From the NCBI GenBank assembly GCA_026003015.1, contig BPGL01000001.1, positions 282,297-346,296 on the forward strand: a stretch of 64,000 bases of DNA, in the 5' to 3' direction. The notes beneath the pieces were generated by a model, which did not search any database, had not been told where the DNA came from, and saw nothing but the letters and a program-made list of their open reading frames with translations. Source of the DNA: Actinomycetota bacterium (GTDB lineage: Bacteria > Actinomycetota > UBA4738 > HRBIN12). Position numbers and translations under genes: made by a program. Below, piece after piece: positions 38,298 through 49,113 of this stretch (within the stretch, counting starts at the first letter, position 1; each line of letters starts with the position of its first letter).

Positions 38298-40950
38298 GTG
38301 GACGGCCGCCGGATCCGGGAGACGTTCCTCGCGTTCTTCGAGGCGCGCGGGCACCGGCGCGTGCCCTCGTCGAGCCTGATCCCCCCGCCCGAGTCCGGGC
38401 TCCTGCTCACGAACGCCGGGATGAACCAGTTCATCCCGTACTTCCTCGGCAAGGCCGGACCCGCCGTTCCGGCGCGCGACGACCGTGCCAGAAGTGCTTC
38501 CGTGACCAACGACATCGACAACGTCGGGCACACCGCCCGACACCTCACCTTCTTCGAGATGCTCGGCAACTTCTCCTTCGGCGACTACTTCAAGGCCGAG
38601 TCGTGCGCCTGGGGCCTCGAGCTCGTCACGCAGGGGTTCGGGATCGACCCCCAGCGGCTGTGGGTGACGGTCTTCGAGACCGACGAGGAGACCGCCGGGA
38701 TCTGGCAGGACCTCGGGATCCCCGCGCGCCCGGATCGTCCGCCGCGGCAAGGCCGACAACTACTGGTCGACCCACGCCGCGGGCCCCGGCCGGCCCCTGC
38801 TCGGAGATCTACGTCGATCGGGGGCCGCGCTACGGGCCGGAGGGCGGCCCGGCCGTCGACGAGGACCGGTTCCTCGAGATCTGGAACCACGTGTTCATGC
38901 AGGACCTGGTGGACGAGCACGGCGAGGTCGTCGGGGAGCTCCCGGCGAAGAACATCGACACCGGCGCGAGCGTCGAGCGGATCGCGCGTGGTGCTCCAGG
39001 ACGCCCCGACGGTCTTCGAGACCGACCTGTTCCGTCCGCTCCTCGAGGTGGCGGAGTCGCTCTCCGGCCGCCGGCTACGGCGAGGACGACCGGCGGCGAC
39101 GTCTCGTCCGGGTCGTCGCCGAGCACGGCGCGGGCCACGACGTTCCTCATCGCCGACGGGGTGCAGCCCTCGAACGAGGGCCGCGGCTACGTGCTGCGCC
39201 GGATGCTCCGGCGCCTGGTCGTCGCCACGCCCGGCGGCTCGGGATCGAGCGGGAGGTCATGGCACCGGCTCGTGGCGCGTCGACGGTGGAGTCCGTTCGG
39301 CGACGCCTACCCGGAGCTCGTGGAGAACCGGGCGTTCGTCGAGCAGGTCGACGCTCCCGAGGAGGAGCGCTTCGCGCGCGACGCTCCGCCAGGGGATGGC
39401 CCTGTTCGCGGAGGCGGCGGGCCGGCTCGGGCGCGCGGGCGCCTGCCCGGCGACGTCGTGTTCAAGCTCCACGACACGTTCGGGTTCCCGCCGGAGCTCA
39501 CCCGGGAGCTCGCCGGGGACGCGGGCCTCGCGGTCGACGGGAGCGGTTCGAGCGCGCTCATGGCCGAGCAGCGCGAGCGGGCCCAGCGCGGCCGCCAAGC
39601 GCGGCGGTGGGGGAGGACCTCGGCGCCGTGCCCGGTCGGCCGCACCGAGTTCGTCGGCTACGAGACGCTCGAGGCGGAGGCCCGGATCGGGCGTCGCTCG
39701 ACGCGAGGCCGGCCGAGGTCGCGGTCGCCGAGGAGGGCGCGCAGGTCCGCGGTCGTCCTCGGACCGGACCCCGTTCTACGCGGAGGCCGGCGGCCAGGTC
39801 GGGGACCGGGGCGAGATCCGTACCTGCGACGCGGGGCGGCGTGCGGGTCGACGACGCCCAGTGGGCCGGGCCCACACGATCGTCCACCTGGGCACGGTCG
39901 TGAGCCGGCGAGGTGCGCGGGGCGAGGACGGCCACGCCGAGGTGGACCGCGAGCGGCGGGAGGCGACCGCGCGGGCCCACACCGCGACCCACGTCGTCCA
40001 CTGGACCCTCCGCCACGTGCTCGGCGAGCACGCCCGGCAGGCGGGCTCGCTCGTGGCGCCGGGGCGGCTGCGGTTCGACTTCCCCCACCCACTCGCCCGT
40101 GCCGCGCGACGCCTCGAGCGCGCCGAGGAGCTCGGCGAACCGCCGCCTGGCCGAGGACCAGCCGGTCACGGTCTTCGAGACGACCTTCGACGAGGCCCGG
40201 CGCTCGGGCGCGATCGCGCTCTTCGGCGAGAAGTACGGCGACCTCGTGCGCGTCGTCGAGATCGGGGACTACTCGCGGGAGCTGTGCGGGGGGACCCACG
40301 TGCCGCACACCGGCAACGGGTCGCGGTCGTGCGGTTCCTCGGGGGCGTCGATCGGCGCCGGGATGCGCCGGATCGAGGCGCTCGGTGGGGCCCGACGCCC
40401 TGCGGAGATCAACGCTGGAGCGCGAGCTCCTCCGAGGCCTCGTGCGAGGCCCTGGGCGCCGGCGACCCCCAGGCGGCCCCGGAGCGGGCGCGGCAGCGGT
40501 CGTGCAGGTGCAAGCGCCTGCAGCAGCGAGCTCGGCAGGCTCCGCCGCCAGGACGCGCGAGGCGGGATCGCCGCCCTGGCGGAGTCCGCGCAGCCCGTGG
40601 CGGCGTGGCGCTGGTGGTCTCGGCGGCTCCCCCGGGGGCCGAGGACCCGGCGGGCCTCGCCCGGGAGCTGGCGCAGCGCGTCCTCGACGGCTCGCGGCGC
40701 GGGCGGCGGCGTCGTGCTCGGCAGCGCCGCGGGCGGCAAGGCGCCTCGTCGCGGCGGCCTGCAGCAAGAACCTGGTGGCCCGCGGGGTGACGGCGCCCGC
40801 GCCTGCTCGAGCCCGCGGCCAAGGTGATCGGCGGGGGCGCCGGCGGCAAGCCGATCCTCGGGTTCGCGGGCGGGCCGCAGGGCCGGCCGCCGTACGGGAC
40901 GCGCTCGGCGCCGATCCCCGCTCGCCTCCGAGGAGCTCCTCGGGACTCCG
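38298..40950 (+). CDS. alaS: Alanine--tRNA ligase (many indels; end approximate)
   Basis: IRETFL.FF...GH..VPSSSL, TNAGMNQF, HLTFFEMLGNFSFGDYFK, EIWN.VFMQ, SNEGRGYVLRR, TPFYAE.GGQVGD, HTATH, ELCGGTH, GGGGKP. Confidence 0.95.
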
Positions 40951-40958
40951 GAGCTGCG

Positions 40959-41399
40959 GTGCCCGAGCGGCAGGCCCCGCGGGCGGGTCCTCGGCCTCGA
41001 CCTCGGGGAGGCCCGGATCGGCGTCGCGATCTCCGACGACGAACGCCGCCGGGTCGCCGTGCCCCTCGGCACCGATCGCGGACGGGAGCGCCCCGGGACC
41101 TCCGCCGCCATCGCCGAGCTCGTCCGCGGAGCGCGGCGTCGTCGCTGGTGGTCGTGGGGCACCCGCTCTCGCTCTCGGGGCGAGCGCGGGAGAGGCCGCG
41201 CGGCAGGCCGAGGCCTTCGCCGAGGCCCTCCGGGAGGTCCTGCCGTCCCCGTGGCCCTCCACGACGAGCGCCTGACCACGGTCGAGGCCGAGCGCGCCCT
41301 CGGGCGAGGCCGGGGCACGGCGGCCGGCGGCGCCGGCGAGCGGTCGGACGCGCTCGCGGCGGCGGTGATCCTCCAGGCCGCTGGACCGGTCGACGCTGA
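40959..41399 (+). CDS. ruvX: Holliday junction resolvase-like RuvX/YqgF (indels)
   Basis: RVLGLDLGEARIGVAISD, VVG.P.S, HDERLTT.EA, D.LAA.VILQ across frames. Confidence 0.88.
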   Translation: MPERQAPRAGPRPRPRGGPDRRRDLRRRTPPGRRAPRHRSRTGAPRDLRRHRRARPRSAASSLVVVGHPLSLSGRARERPRGRPRPSPRPSGRSCRPRGPPRRAPDHGRGRARPRARPGHGGRRRRRAVGRARGGGDPPGRWTGRR

Positions 41400-41437
41400 G
41401 CGTGCGGCCGCCGGGCCCGGCTATGCTCTCGGGCCGG

Positions 41438-42520
41438 ATGGCGGGGGTCGACCGCCCCGGGCGGGCCGACGGAGCCCCGCCGCCCCCGCCGGCGTGCGCG
41501 GCGCCCTGGCCGCGGTCGGCGGCGCTCGCGGGCGCTGGCCGTCCTCGGTGCCGGGGGCGCGGCCGCCCTACTACGAGCGGTGCCGCGAGGCCCGCGTCCC
41601 GAGGACGCCGTCACGGTCGACGGTGCCCGAGGGCGCCACGGCGGCGAGGTCGTGCGCCGCGCTGCACGAGGCGGGTCGTGCTCCGCTGCGGCGGGCTCGT
41701 CGGCGCCTGCTCCTGCGCCGGAGCGGGCGGGCCGGCGCGATCCGCCGGGGACCTACGAGCTCACGACGAACATGCGCCTCGACGAGGCCTCCTCGACGTC
41801 CTCACGGCCCGCCGCCGAGCCCCGACGGTGCGGCTCACGATCCCCGAGGGCTACCGGCTCACGCAGATCGCGGCAGAGCGCGTGCGACGGAGGCGCTCGG
41901 GTCTTCCCGGGCGCGGTTCCTGGCCGTGGCCGAGAGCGGCCGGCTCGCCCTCCCGCCCTACCTGCCGCCGGGGACGCCGACGCGTGGAGGGGTTCCTGTT
42001 CCCCGAGACCTACGAGTTCCTGCGCGAGGGCTCGACGGCGCGCGACGTGATCCGCGCGCTCCTCGACCAGTTCGCGGGGAGGCCGACGCAGCTGCCCTGG
42101 GGGAACGCCGAGCGGCTCGGCCTCACGCCCCTACGAGGTCGTCGTCGTGGCCTCGATGGTCGAGGAGGAGGCCGAAGCTCGCCGAGGAGCGGCCGCTGAT
42201 CGCCGGGGTGATCCACAACCGGCTCGGCGCGGGGATGCCGCTCGGGATCGACGCGACGCTGCTGTACGACGACCCGACCCCCGACGGCGAGCTCTCCACC
42301 GCCGACCTCGAGACCGACAGCCCGTACAACACGCGGCTGCGCGCCGGGCTCCCGCCGACCCCGATCGCGAGCCCCGGGCTCGCGTCGCTCGGTGGCGCGC
42401 TCGCACCCGGCGCGAGACCGACGTCCTCTACTACGTCCTGTGCCGGGCGAGGCGGTCCACACGAGTTCGCGCGTGACGCTCGCCGAGCCACGAGCGCAAC
42501 GGCGGGCGTGCCTGCGGTGA
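41438..42520 (+). CDS. mltG: Endolytic transglycosylase MltG (many indels; approximate)
   Basis: LTIPEGY, EGFLFPETY, ASMVEEEA, IAGVIHNRL..GMPLGIDAT, DSPYNT...GLPPTPI.SPG. Confidence 0.9.
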
Positions 42521-43378
42521 GCGACGGCGCTCCCGCGCGGTCCGCATCCGCGGGTCGACCCGCACCGTCGGTGGTGATCGGCTGGCCGGTCGCCCACAGC
42601 CTGTCGCCGGAGATCCACAACGCGGCCTTCGCGGCGCTCGGGCTGGACTGGGTCTACGTCCCGCTCCCGGTGCCGCCGGGGCGGTCGCGCGGCGCCCTCG
42701 CGGGCTGGTGGCGCTCGGGTTCTGCGGGGGCGAACGTGACGATGCCGCACAAGACCGAGGCGGCGGAGCTGGTCGACGAGCTGTCGGAGGAGGCGGGCGC
42801 CTGCCGCGGTGAACACCGTGATCGTGCGCGGGGGCCGCCGGGTCGGGGCACAACACCGACGCCGCCGGGTTCGACCGGTTCCTCCGACGGCGACGCGGGG
42901 TGCGACCCCGCGGGCCGCACGCGCGCTCCTGTCTCGGGGCGGGCGGGGCCGCCCGGGCGTGCGCCCTCGCCCTCGCGCGGGCGGGCTCGCGCGGCTCGTC
43001 GTGGCGGCCCGCGACCCCGCGCGGGCGAGCCTCGTGCGGGCCCTCGAGGGCGCCCGCGGAGCTCGAGGTCGAGGTGCGTGCCGTTCGAGCGGGCCGCCGA
43101 GCTCGGGTGGACCGTCTCGTCGTGAACGCCACGCCCCTCGGCGCCGCCGGCGAGAGCCGTCCCGCTCCCGCCGCTCGGCCCGGCGATGCTCGTCGTCGAC
43201 CTCCTGTACCGGCCGGCACGCCGCCGTCGCCCAGGCGGCCCGGCCGGCGGGGGCCGACGCGCTCGGGGGCCTGGGGCTCCTCCTCGCACCAGGCGGCCCT
43301 GTCGTTCGAGCTGTGGACGGGCGGGATCGCCCCGCCGCTCGAGGCGATGTCGGCGCGCCGCGCTGCACGGCGGATGAG
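42517..43378 (+). CDS. aroE: Shikimate dehydrogenase (many indels; approximate)
   Basis: IGWPVAHSLSP.IHNAAF, GANVTMPHK, VNT, NTD, GAGGAARA, VNATP, DLLY, QAALSFELWTG. Confidence 0.92.
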
Positions 43379-43428
43379 CCGGACGCCCCCGACGACCGGC
43401 CCGTCCGTAGCGCTCCGCGGGACCCAGT

Positions 43429-43458
43429 CTCAAGCGTCTCCCACGCGCCCGGTCCGAT
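43429..43458 (+). promoter_or_regulatory. Putative sigma28/WhiG-type promoter CTCAAG-N18-TCCGAT
   Basis: Same -35 hexamer as the pilin promoters, 15 nt before ATG 43474; the spacer is longer than in those promoters but lies in an indel-rich region. Confidence 0.4.
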
Positions 43459-43473
43459 GCCTGGGTCGAGGCC

Positions 43474-44235
43474 ATGGACGACCTCACTCGGCGCTGGCGC
43501 AGCGCGTCGCCCTCAGCGGTCGGTGACGTGCGCGGGGCTGTCTCGTGCTCTCACGGGACGGCCTGGTGCTGGGCTCCTTCCCCGACGACGACGCGGAGCA
43601 CCTCAAGCCGGCCTGGTTGCGCTTCGCGACGCTGGGCGACGCCCGCAAGAGGCTTCGTCGAGTTCGGCGGCGAGGTCTGGGCGTTCGTCCGTCGCGGGCC
43701 CTACGCCGGCCTTCGTCGTCGCCGGGACCTCGGTCCGCCCGGGGGTCGCTCATCGATCTCATGGAGCAGGCGCTGCTCACCGCCGAGGAGGCCCGGCCGA
43801 AGCGGGAGCCGCTCCGCGTCGCCCGAGCCGGGCCGCGCGGCGCCCTCCGGCAAGCCCCGGACCTCCGCTCCACGCGGAGCCTCCGAGCGCGTCCCCGAGG
43901 TCGTCGCCGCCCCGGAGAGCCCCGCGCCGGCCGACCGCCGGGCGTGGCGGCGCACGACCGCCCGCGGCGGCCGGGGCCGGGGCGACGCCGGCGTGACCGA
44001 CGGGCCGAAGGCCCCCGCGCCGCAGGACGCGGCAGGGCCCGCCGCGGACGCCCCCGCGGGGGACGCCGGCCCGGCACCCGCCCCGACCCGTGAGGAGCCC
44101 CAGCCGACGGGGCGGCGCACGCCCGCCGCGAGCGCCTGCCGTCGGCGCGGGCGGCCGGAGGAGGACGCGGAGATCGACCGGGTCCTCCTCGCCAAGGAGT
44201 TCTCCCGGCTGCTTCAGCTCGAGCCCGGACGGTGA
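43474..44235 (+). CDS. Roadblock/LC7 (MglB)-like N-terminal domain, Pro/Ala-rich linker and short C-terminal helix (indels)
   Basis: Reconstructed ...DVRGCLVLSRDGLVLGSFP...LKPAWLRF..LG...GFVEFGGEVWAFVRRGPY..FVVA...PG.LID.MEQAL; ends EIDRVLLAKEFSRLLQ. Confidence 0.5.
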   Translation: MDDLTRRWRSASPSAVGDVRGAVSCSHGTAWCWAPSPTTTRSTSSRPGCASRRWATPARGFVEFGGEVWAFVRRGPYAGLRRRRDLGPPGGRSSISWSRRCSPPRRPGRSGSRSASPEPGRAAPSGKPRTSAPRGASERVPEVVAAPESPAPADRRAWRRTTARGGRGRGDAGVTDGPKAPAPQDAAGPAADAPAGDAGPAPAPTREEPQPTGRRTPAASACRRRGRPEEDAEIDRVLLAKEFSRLLQLEPGR

Positions 44236-44296
44236 CGAAGATGGTGCCTGACGTGGGCTGGGATCGACCACGAGGACCGTCGGGCGAGTGACCACC

Positions 44297-45971
44297 GTGA
44301 GGCGGAAGTCCAAGCAGCTCGGGCAGATCCTGATCGAGCAGGGGCTCATCACCCCGGAGCAGCTCGAGGCCGCCCTCGAGGAGCACCGCCGACCCCGAAG
44401 TCCCTCGGCCGGGTCCTCATCGACATGGGCATGATCAAGGAGCCCGACCTCGTCCGGGCCCTCGCCGAGCAGGTCGGGCTGGAGTTCGTGGACCTCTCCG
44501 AGCCCAGATCGATCCCGGCCGCGCGCCTCGCTCCCCGAGCCCCTGGCCCGCCGCTACCGCGCGCTGCCGATCGGGGAGCGCGACGGGAAGCTCCTGGTCG
44601 CGATGTCCGACCCGGCGAACGTCTACGCCCTGGACGACATCCGGGCTCACGACCGGGCGGGACGTCCAGCCCGTGGTGGCCACCGCCAGCGACGTCGAGC
44701 AGGCGATCCAGCGCTTCGCCAGGGGGACCAGGTGGAGGCAGCCTCGCGATCGAGGCGCGAGGCCGCTGGAGGCCGAGGCGAGACCGAGGATCGAGGCCGC
44801 CGTCGAGGACGCGCCGATCGTGAAGCTCGTGAACGCGATCATGACCCAGGCCGTCGCCGATCGCGCCTCCGACGTCCACATCGAGCCGACGGAGAAGGAC
44901 GTGCGGATCCGGTTCCGCGTGGACGGCGTGCTCCACGAGGCGATGCCCCGCCCCGAAGAACATCCAGAACGGGCTCATCAGCCGCCTCAAGGTCATGGCC
45001 GACCTGAACATCGCCGAGAAGCGGGTGCCCCAGGACGGCCGGATCAGCATGAAGGTCGGGGGCCGGCAGCTCGACCTCCGGGTCGCGACGCTGCCCACCG
45101 TGTACGGCGAGAAGGTCGTGATCCGGGTCCTGGACAAGAGCAACGCCCTCCTCAAGCTCGAGGAGCTGGGCTTCCTGAGGACGCCTACGAGCGCTTCGAG
45201 CGGTCCTTCCGCAAGCCCTACGGCGCGATCCTCGTGACCGGGCCCACCGGGTCGGGCAAGTCGACCACGCTGTACGCGACCCTCAACATCCTCAACAGAT
45301 CGACCGGAACATCATCACGGTCGAGGACCCGGTCGAGTACCGGCTCCCGGGCGTGAACCAGATCCAGGTCAACCCCAAGGCCGGGCTCACGTTCGCCTCG
45401 GCCCTCCGCTCGATCCTGCGGGCCGACCCCGACATCGTCCTGATCGGGGAGATCCGCGACCGCGAGACGGCGATGATCGCCGTCGAGTCCGCCCTGACCG
45501 GCCACCTCGTGCTCTCCTCGCTGCACACGAACGACGCGCCCGAGCGCGATCACGCGCCTCACCGAGATGGGGGTGGAGACCTTCCTCGTGGCCTCCGCGA
45601 TCGACTGCGTGGTCGCCCAGCGCCTCGCCCGGCGGCTGTGCGACCGGTGCAAGGAGCCGTACGTCCCGCGACGCCGCAGGAGCTCCGCGAGGCCGGGTTC
45701 CCCGACGGCAGTGCCCGGATCCACCAGCTCTACCGGCCCGGTCGGGTGCGAGGCGCTGCTGCCCGGACCGGCTACCGGGGACGCTTCGGCCTGTACGAGG
45801 TGATGCCGATGTCGCGAGGAGATCGAGCGGCTGACCGTGGAGCGCGCGTCGTCCGAGGCGATCCGGGCGGTCGCGCTCGAGCAGGGGATGATCGACCTGC
45901 GCGCCGACGGCCTGATGAAGGCGATGCAGGGACTCACGTCCATCGAGGAGATCGCGAGGGTGGTGAAGTGA
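44297..45971 (+). CDS. pilB: Type IV pilus assembly ATPase PilB with N-terminal MshEN-like domain (indels)
   Basis: [54 protein letters not shown]...GEIRD, TGHLV.S.LHTND, C..C, GYRGR. Confidence 0.93.
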
Positions 45972-47142
45972 TGATGAGCATCGCGAGCGCCGGACGAGCA
46001 GGAGGTGGCGATCCCGATCCCCGAGCTCCTCGAGGTCGTCCTGGAGCGAGGAGCGTCGGACCTGCACCTCACGGCAGGGGCTCCGCCGACGATCCGTCTC
46101 CACGGCGACCTCGTCAGGCTGGACGAGTACCCCGTGATGACCCCGCAGGGCCTCCAGGGGATGATCTACGCGATCCTGCCGCAGCGGATGCGGGAGCGCT
46201 TGGAGCAGGACCTCGAGCTCGACATGTCGCTACTCGCTCCCCGGGAAGGCCCGGTTCCGCGTGAACGTGTACTTCCAGCGGGACTCGATCGGGGCCGCGT
46301 TCCGCCTGATCCCCTACGAGATCAAGACCATCGAGGAGCTCGGGCTGCCGCAGCGTGGTGGCGGACCTGGCCCGCTACCCCCGCGGGTTCGTGGTCGTGA
46401 CCGGGCCCACCGGGTCCGGGAAGTCGACGACCCTCGCCGCCATGGTGGACATCGTGAACCGCGAGCGCCGGCCCACATCATGACGGTGGAGGACCCCATC
46501 GAGTTCCTCCACAAGCACCAGAACTGCATCGTGAACCAGCGGGAGGTCGGCGCCGACACGCACAGCTTCGCCGCCGCCCTCAAGCACGTCCTGCGCCAGG
46601 ACCCGGACGTGATCCTCGTGGGCGAGATGCGCGACCTGGAGACGATCTCCACGGCCATCACCGCGGCCGAGACGGGGCACCTGGTCTTCGCCACCCTGCA
46701 CACGCAGGACGCCCCGCAGACGATCGACCGCATCATCGACGTCTTCCCGCCGCACCAGCAGCAGCAGGTCCGGGTGCAGCTCGCCACGACCCTCCAGGGC
46801 GTCGTGACCCAGCAGCTGCTCCAGACGGCGGACGGTCGGGGGCGGGTGGTGGCGGTCGAGGTCCTCGTGTGCACCCCCGCCGTCCGGAACCTGATCCGCG
46901 AGGGCAAGACCCACCAGATCTACTCGATCATGCAGGCCGGCGGCCGGTTCGGGATGCAGACGATGGACCAGGCCCTCGCCAACCTGGTGAAGGCGGGCAA
47001 GATCACCCAGCAGCTCGCGTACGAGCGCTGCCACGATCCCGAGGAGCTGAACCGGCTGATCGGCGGGGCGAGCGCCGGCTACCAGGCCGGCGCCGGGGCC
47101 GCGGCGGCCGTCGGGCTGTCCGTCGGCGGGTACCAGTACTGA
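45971..47142 (+). CDS. pilT: Type IV pilus retraction ATPase PilT (indels; start approximate)
   Basis: [68 protein letters not shown]. Confidence 0.95.
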
Positions 47143-47162
47143 GGCCGAGGAGCGCGAGCGCC

Positions 47163-48378
47163 ATGCCGACCACGTTCGAGTACAAGGTCCGGGACCGCGC
47201 CGGGAACCTGGTCACGGGGCAGCTCGTCGGGGACAGCGAGCTGATCGTCCTCCAGAAGCTCCGCGAGCAGGGCCTGACCCCCATCGAGGTCCGGAAGGCG
47301 AACGCCGGGCTCCGGATGGAGATCAACCTCCGCCCGGGCCGGGTGAAGCTGAAGGATCTGGCGGTCTTCTGCCGCCAGTTCGCCACCATGGTGAACTCCG
47401 GGCTGCCGATCCTGCGCGCGCTCGCGATCCTCGCCGAGCAGACCGCGAGCAAGGAGCTGCAGAAGATCCTCACCCAGGTCCGGACCGACGTCGAGCAGGG
47501 CTCCTCCCTCTCGGGGGCGCTGGCCAAGCACCCCAAGGCCTTCAGCGACCTGTTCGTCGCGATGGTCCGGGCCGGGGAGACCGGGGGCGTGCTCGACGAC
47601 GTCCTCCTCGACGGCGGCCGAGACGATCGAGAACGAGGTCGAGCTGCGCCGGAAGATCAAGTCGGCGATGACCTACCCGGTCGTGGTCGTGGTCCTCGTC
47701 GTCGCTGATCATGGCGGCCATGCTCCTCTTCATCGTGCCGCAGTTCGAGGCGATCTACGCCAGCCTGGACAGCCCGCTGCCCCTGCCGACGCGGATGCTC
47801 CTCGGCGCCTCGCGGCTCGTCCGCACGTTCTGGTGGCTCGTGCTCCTCGGGGCGATCGGCGGTCGGTTCGCGTTCCGCCGCTACAAGCGGACGCCGGCCG
47901 GGCGGGCCCAGGTCGACGCGCTGAAGCTCCGGGTCCCCGTCTTCGGTCCGCTGTTCCACAAGGCGGCCCTGGCCCGGTTCTCGAGCACCTTCGGGATGCT
48001 GCTGCAGCTCCGGCGTCCCCATCCTCCAGGCCCTGGAGATCGTGAAGGACACGGTGAACAACCAGGTCATCGCCCGGGCCGTGGCGGACGTCAAGGGGAG
48101 CGTGCGGGAGGGCGAGTCGATCGCCAAGCCCCTCGCCAAGCACGCCGTCTTCCCCCCCATGGTGGTGCAGATGCTCGCGGTGGGGGAGGAGACCGGCGCC
48201 GGTCGACACCATGCTCGACAAGGTCGCCCAGTTCTACAACTCGGAGGTGGAGGCGACGGTCGACGCCCTCACCTCCCTCATCGAGCCGCTGCTGATCGCG
48301 GTCATCGGCGGGGCGGTCGGTGCCGCCGTCATCGCCCTCTACATGCCGATGTTCAACATCATCAACCTGATCCAGTGA
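47163..48378 (+). CDS. pilC: Type IV pilus platform protein PilC (T2SSF family; indels)
   Basis: F.RQFATMV.SGLP, G.SLS.AL.KHPK.F, AGETGG.LD, KSAMTYP, LP.PT, FPPMVVQM.AVGEETG, IEP.L, MPMF. Confidence 0.94.
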
Positions 48379-48389
48379 TCCGCCCTCGC

Positions 48390-48416
48390 CCGGCCCCGGA
48401 GCGATCCGGGGGCCGG
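48390..48416 (+). terminator. GC-rich hairpin after pilC
   Basis: CCGGCCCCGGA-GCGA-TCCGGGGGCCGG, with a GNRA loop. Confidence 0.55.
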
Positions 48417-48420
48417 CCGG

Positions 48421-48448
48421 CTCAAGGAGCGGCCCGAAGCGGCCGAAA
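48421..48448 (+). promoter_or_regulatory. sigma28/WhiG/FliA-type promoter upstream of the major pilin
   Basis: CTCAAG-N15-GCCGAAA. Confidence 0.7.
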
Positions 48449-48505
48449 CCTTGAGGCGACGCGCATCACGGGGATGCGCGCGGACCTTCCTGGAAGGAGG
48501 GAGAC

Positions 48506-48991
48506 ATGCTCAAGGGGCTCTTGAAGCGGGTCCGCGAGGACGAGGGCTTCACCCTGATCGAGCTGATGGTGGTCGTCCTGATCATCGGCATCCTGGTCGC
48601 CATCGCTCTGCCCACGTTCCTCGGGGCTCGCGAGCGCGCCCAGAACCGGGCCGCGCAGTCGTCGCTCCGCAACGCCCTCGCGGCCGCGAAGACGGCGTTC
48701 ACGGACACCGACGACTACAGCGGCGCGACCGACGCCGACCTGGACGCGATCGAGCCGTCCCTCACGTACGTCGACGGCACCACGGCCTCTACCGGGCCGA
48801 CCGAGGTGAGCGTCTCGGTCTACAACTCGGACGCCAACTGGGCCGCGGCCGCGATGTCGGAGTCCGGGACGTGCTTCTGGATCGACGACGTGTCCGCCGG
48901 CACCGGCGCCGGGACCTTCTACGGGTCGACGACGACCGCCGCCGACTGCACGGGCGCAGACGCCCAGGGCGCGAGCGCGAGCAGCTGGTAA
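48506..48991 (+). CDS. pilA: Major type IVa pilin
   Basis: Class III signal EDEG|FTLIELMVVVLIIGILVAIA.P; C-terminal Cys pair; strong SD AAGGAGG; own promoter and terminator. Confidence 0.93.
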   Translation: MLKGLLKRVREDEGFTLIELMVVVLIIGILVAIALPTFLGARERAQNRAAQSSLRNALAAAKTAFTDTDDYSGATDADLDAIEPSLTYVDGTTASTGPTEVSVSVYNSDANWAAAAMSESGTCFWIDDVSAGTGAGTFYGSTTTAADCTGADAQGASASSW

Positions 48992-49043
48992 GCCGACGGC
49001 TTACCGGCGCAGCATGGAGGGGCGGCCTGCGGGCCGCCCCTCC
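48985..49043 (+). terminator. Two tandem hairpins after pilA
   Basis: GGTAAGCC-GAC-GGCTTACC (48987-49005) and a perfect 12-bp stem GGAGGGGCGGCC-TGCG-GGCCGCCCCTCC (49016-49043). Confidence 0.7.
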
Positions 49044-49070
49044 GCCGTTCCCCGGTCGGTCGAGGAGAGG

Positions 49071-49098
49071 CTCAAGGGGGTCCCCCGACCGACCGAAA
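49071..49098 (+). promoter_or_regulatory. sigma28/WhiG/FliA-type promoter upstream of the minor pilin operon
   Basis: CTCAAG-N15-ACCGAAA; same spacing and CCGAAACC core as the pilA promoter. Confidence 0.7.
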
Positions 49099-49113
49099 CC
49101 CATGGGGAGAGCC

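Noticed and set aside
35800-46500. Genuine pseudogenisation or genome decay of alaS, rarA, mltG, aroE and pilB
   Set aside because: Essential genes are affected, catalytic motifs are intact across frames, and the damage is indel-only and regionally clustered, which points to consensus error
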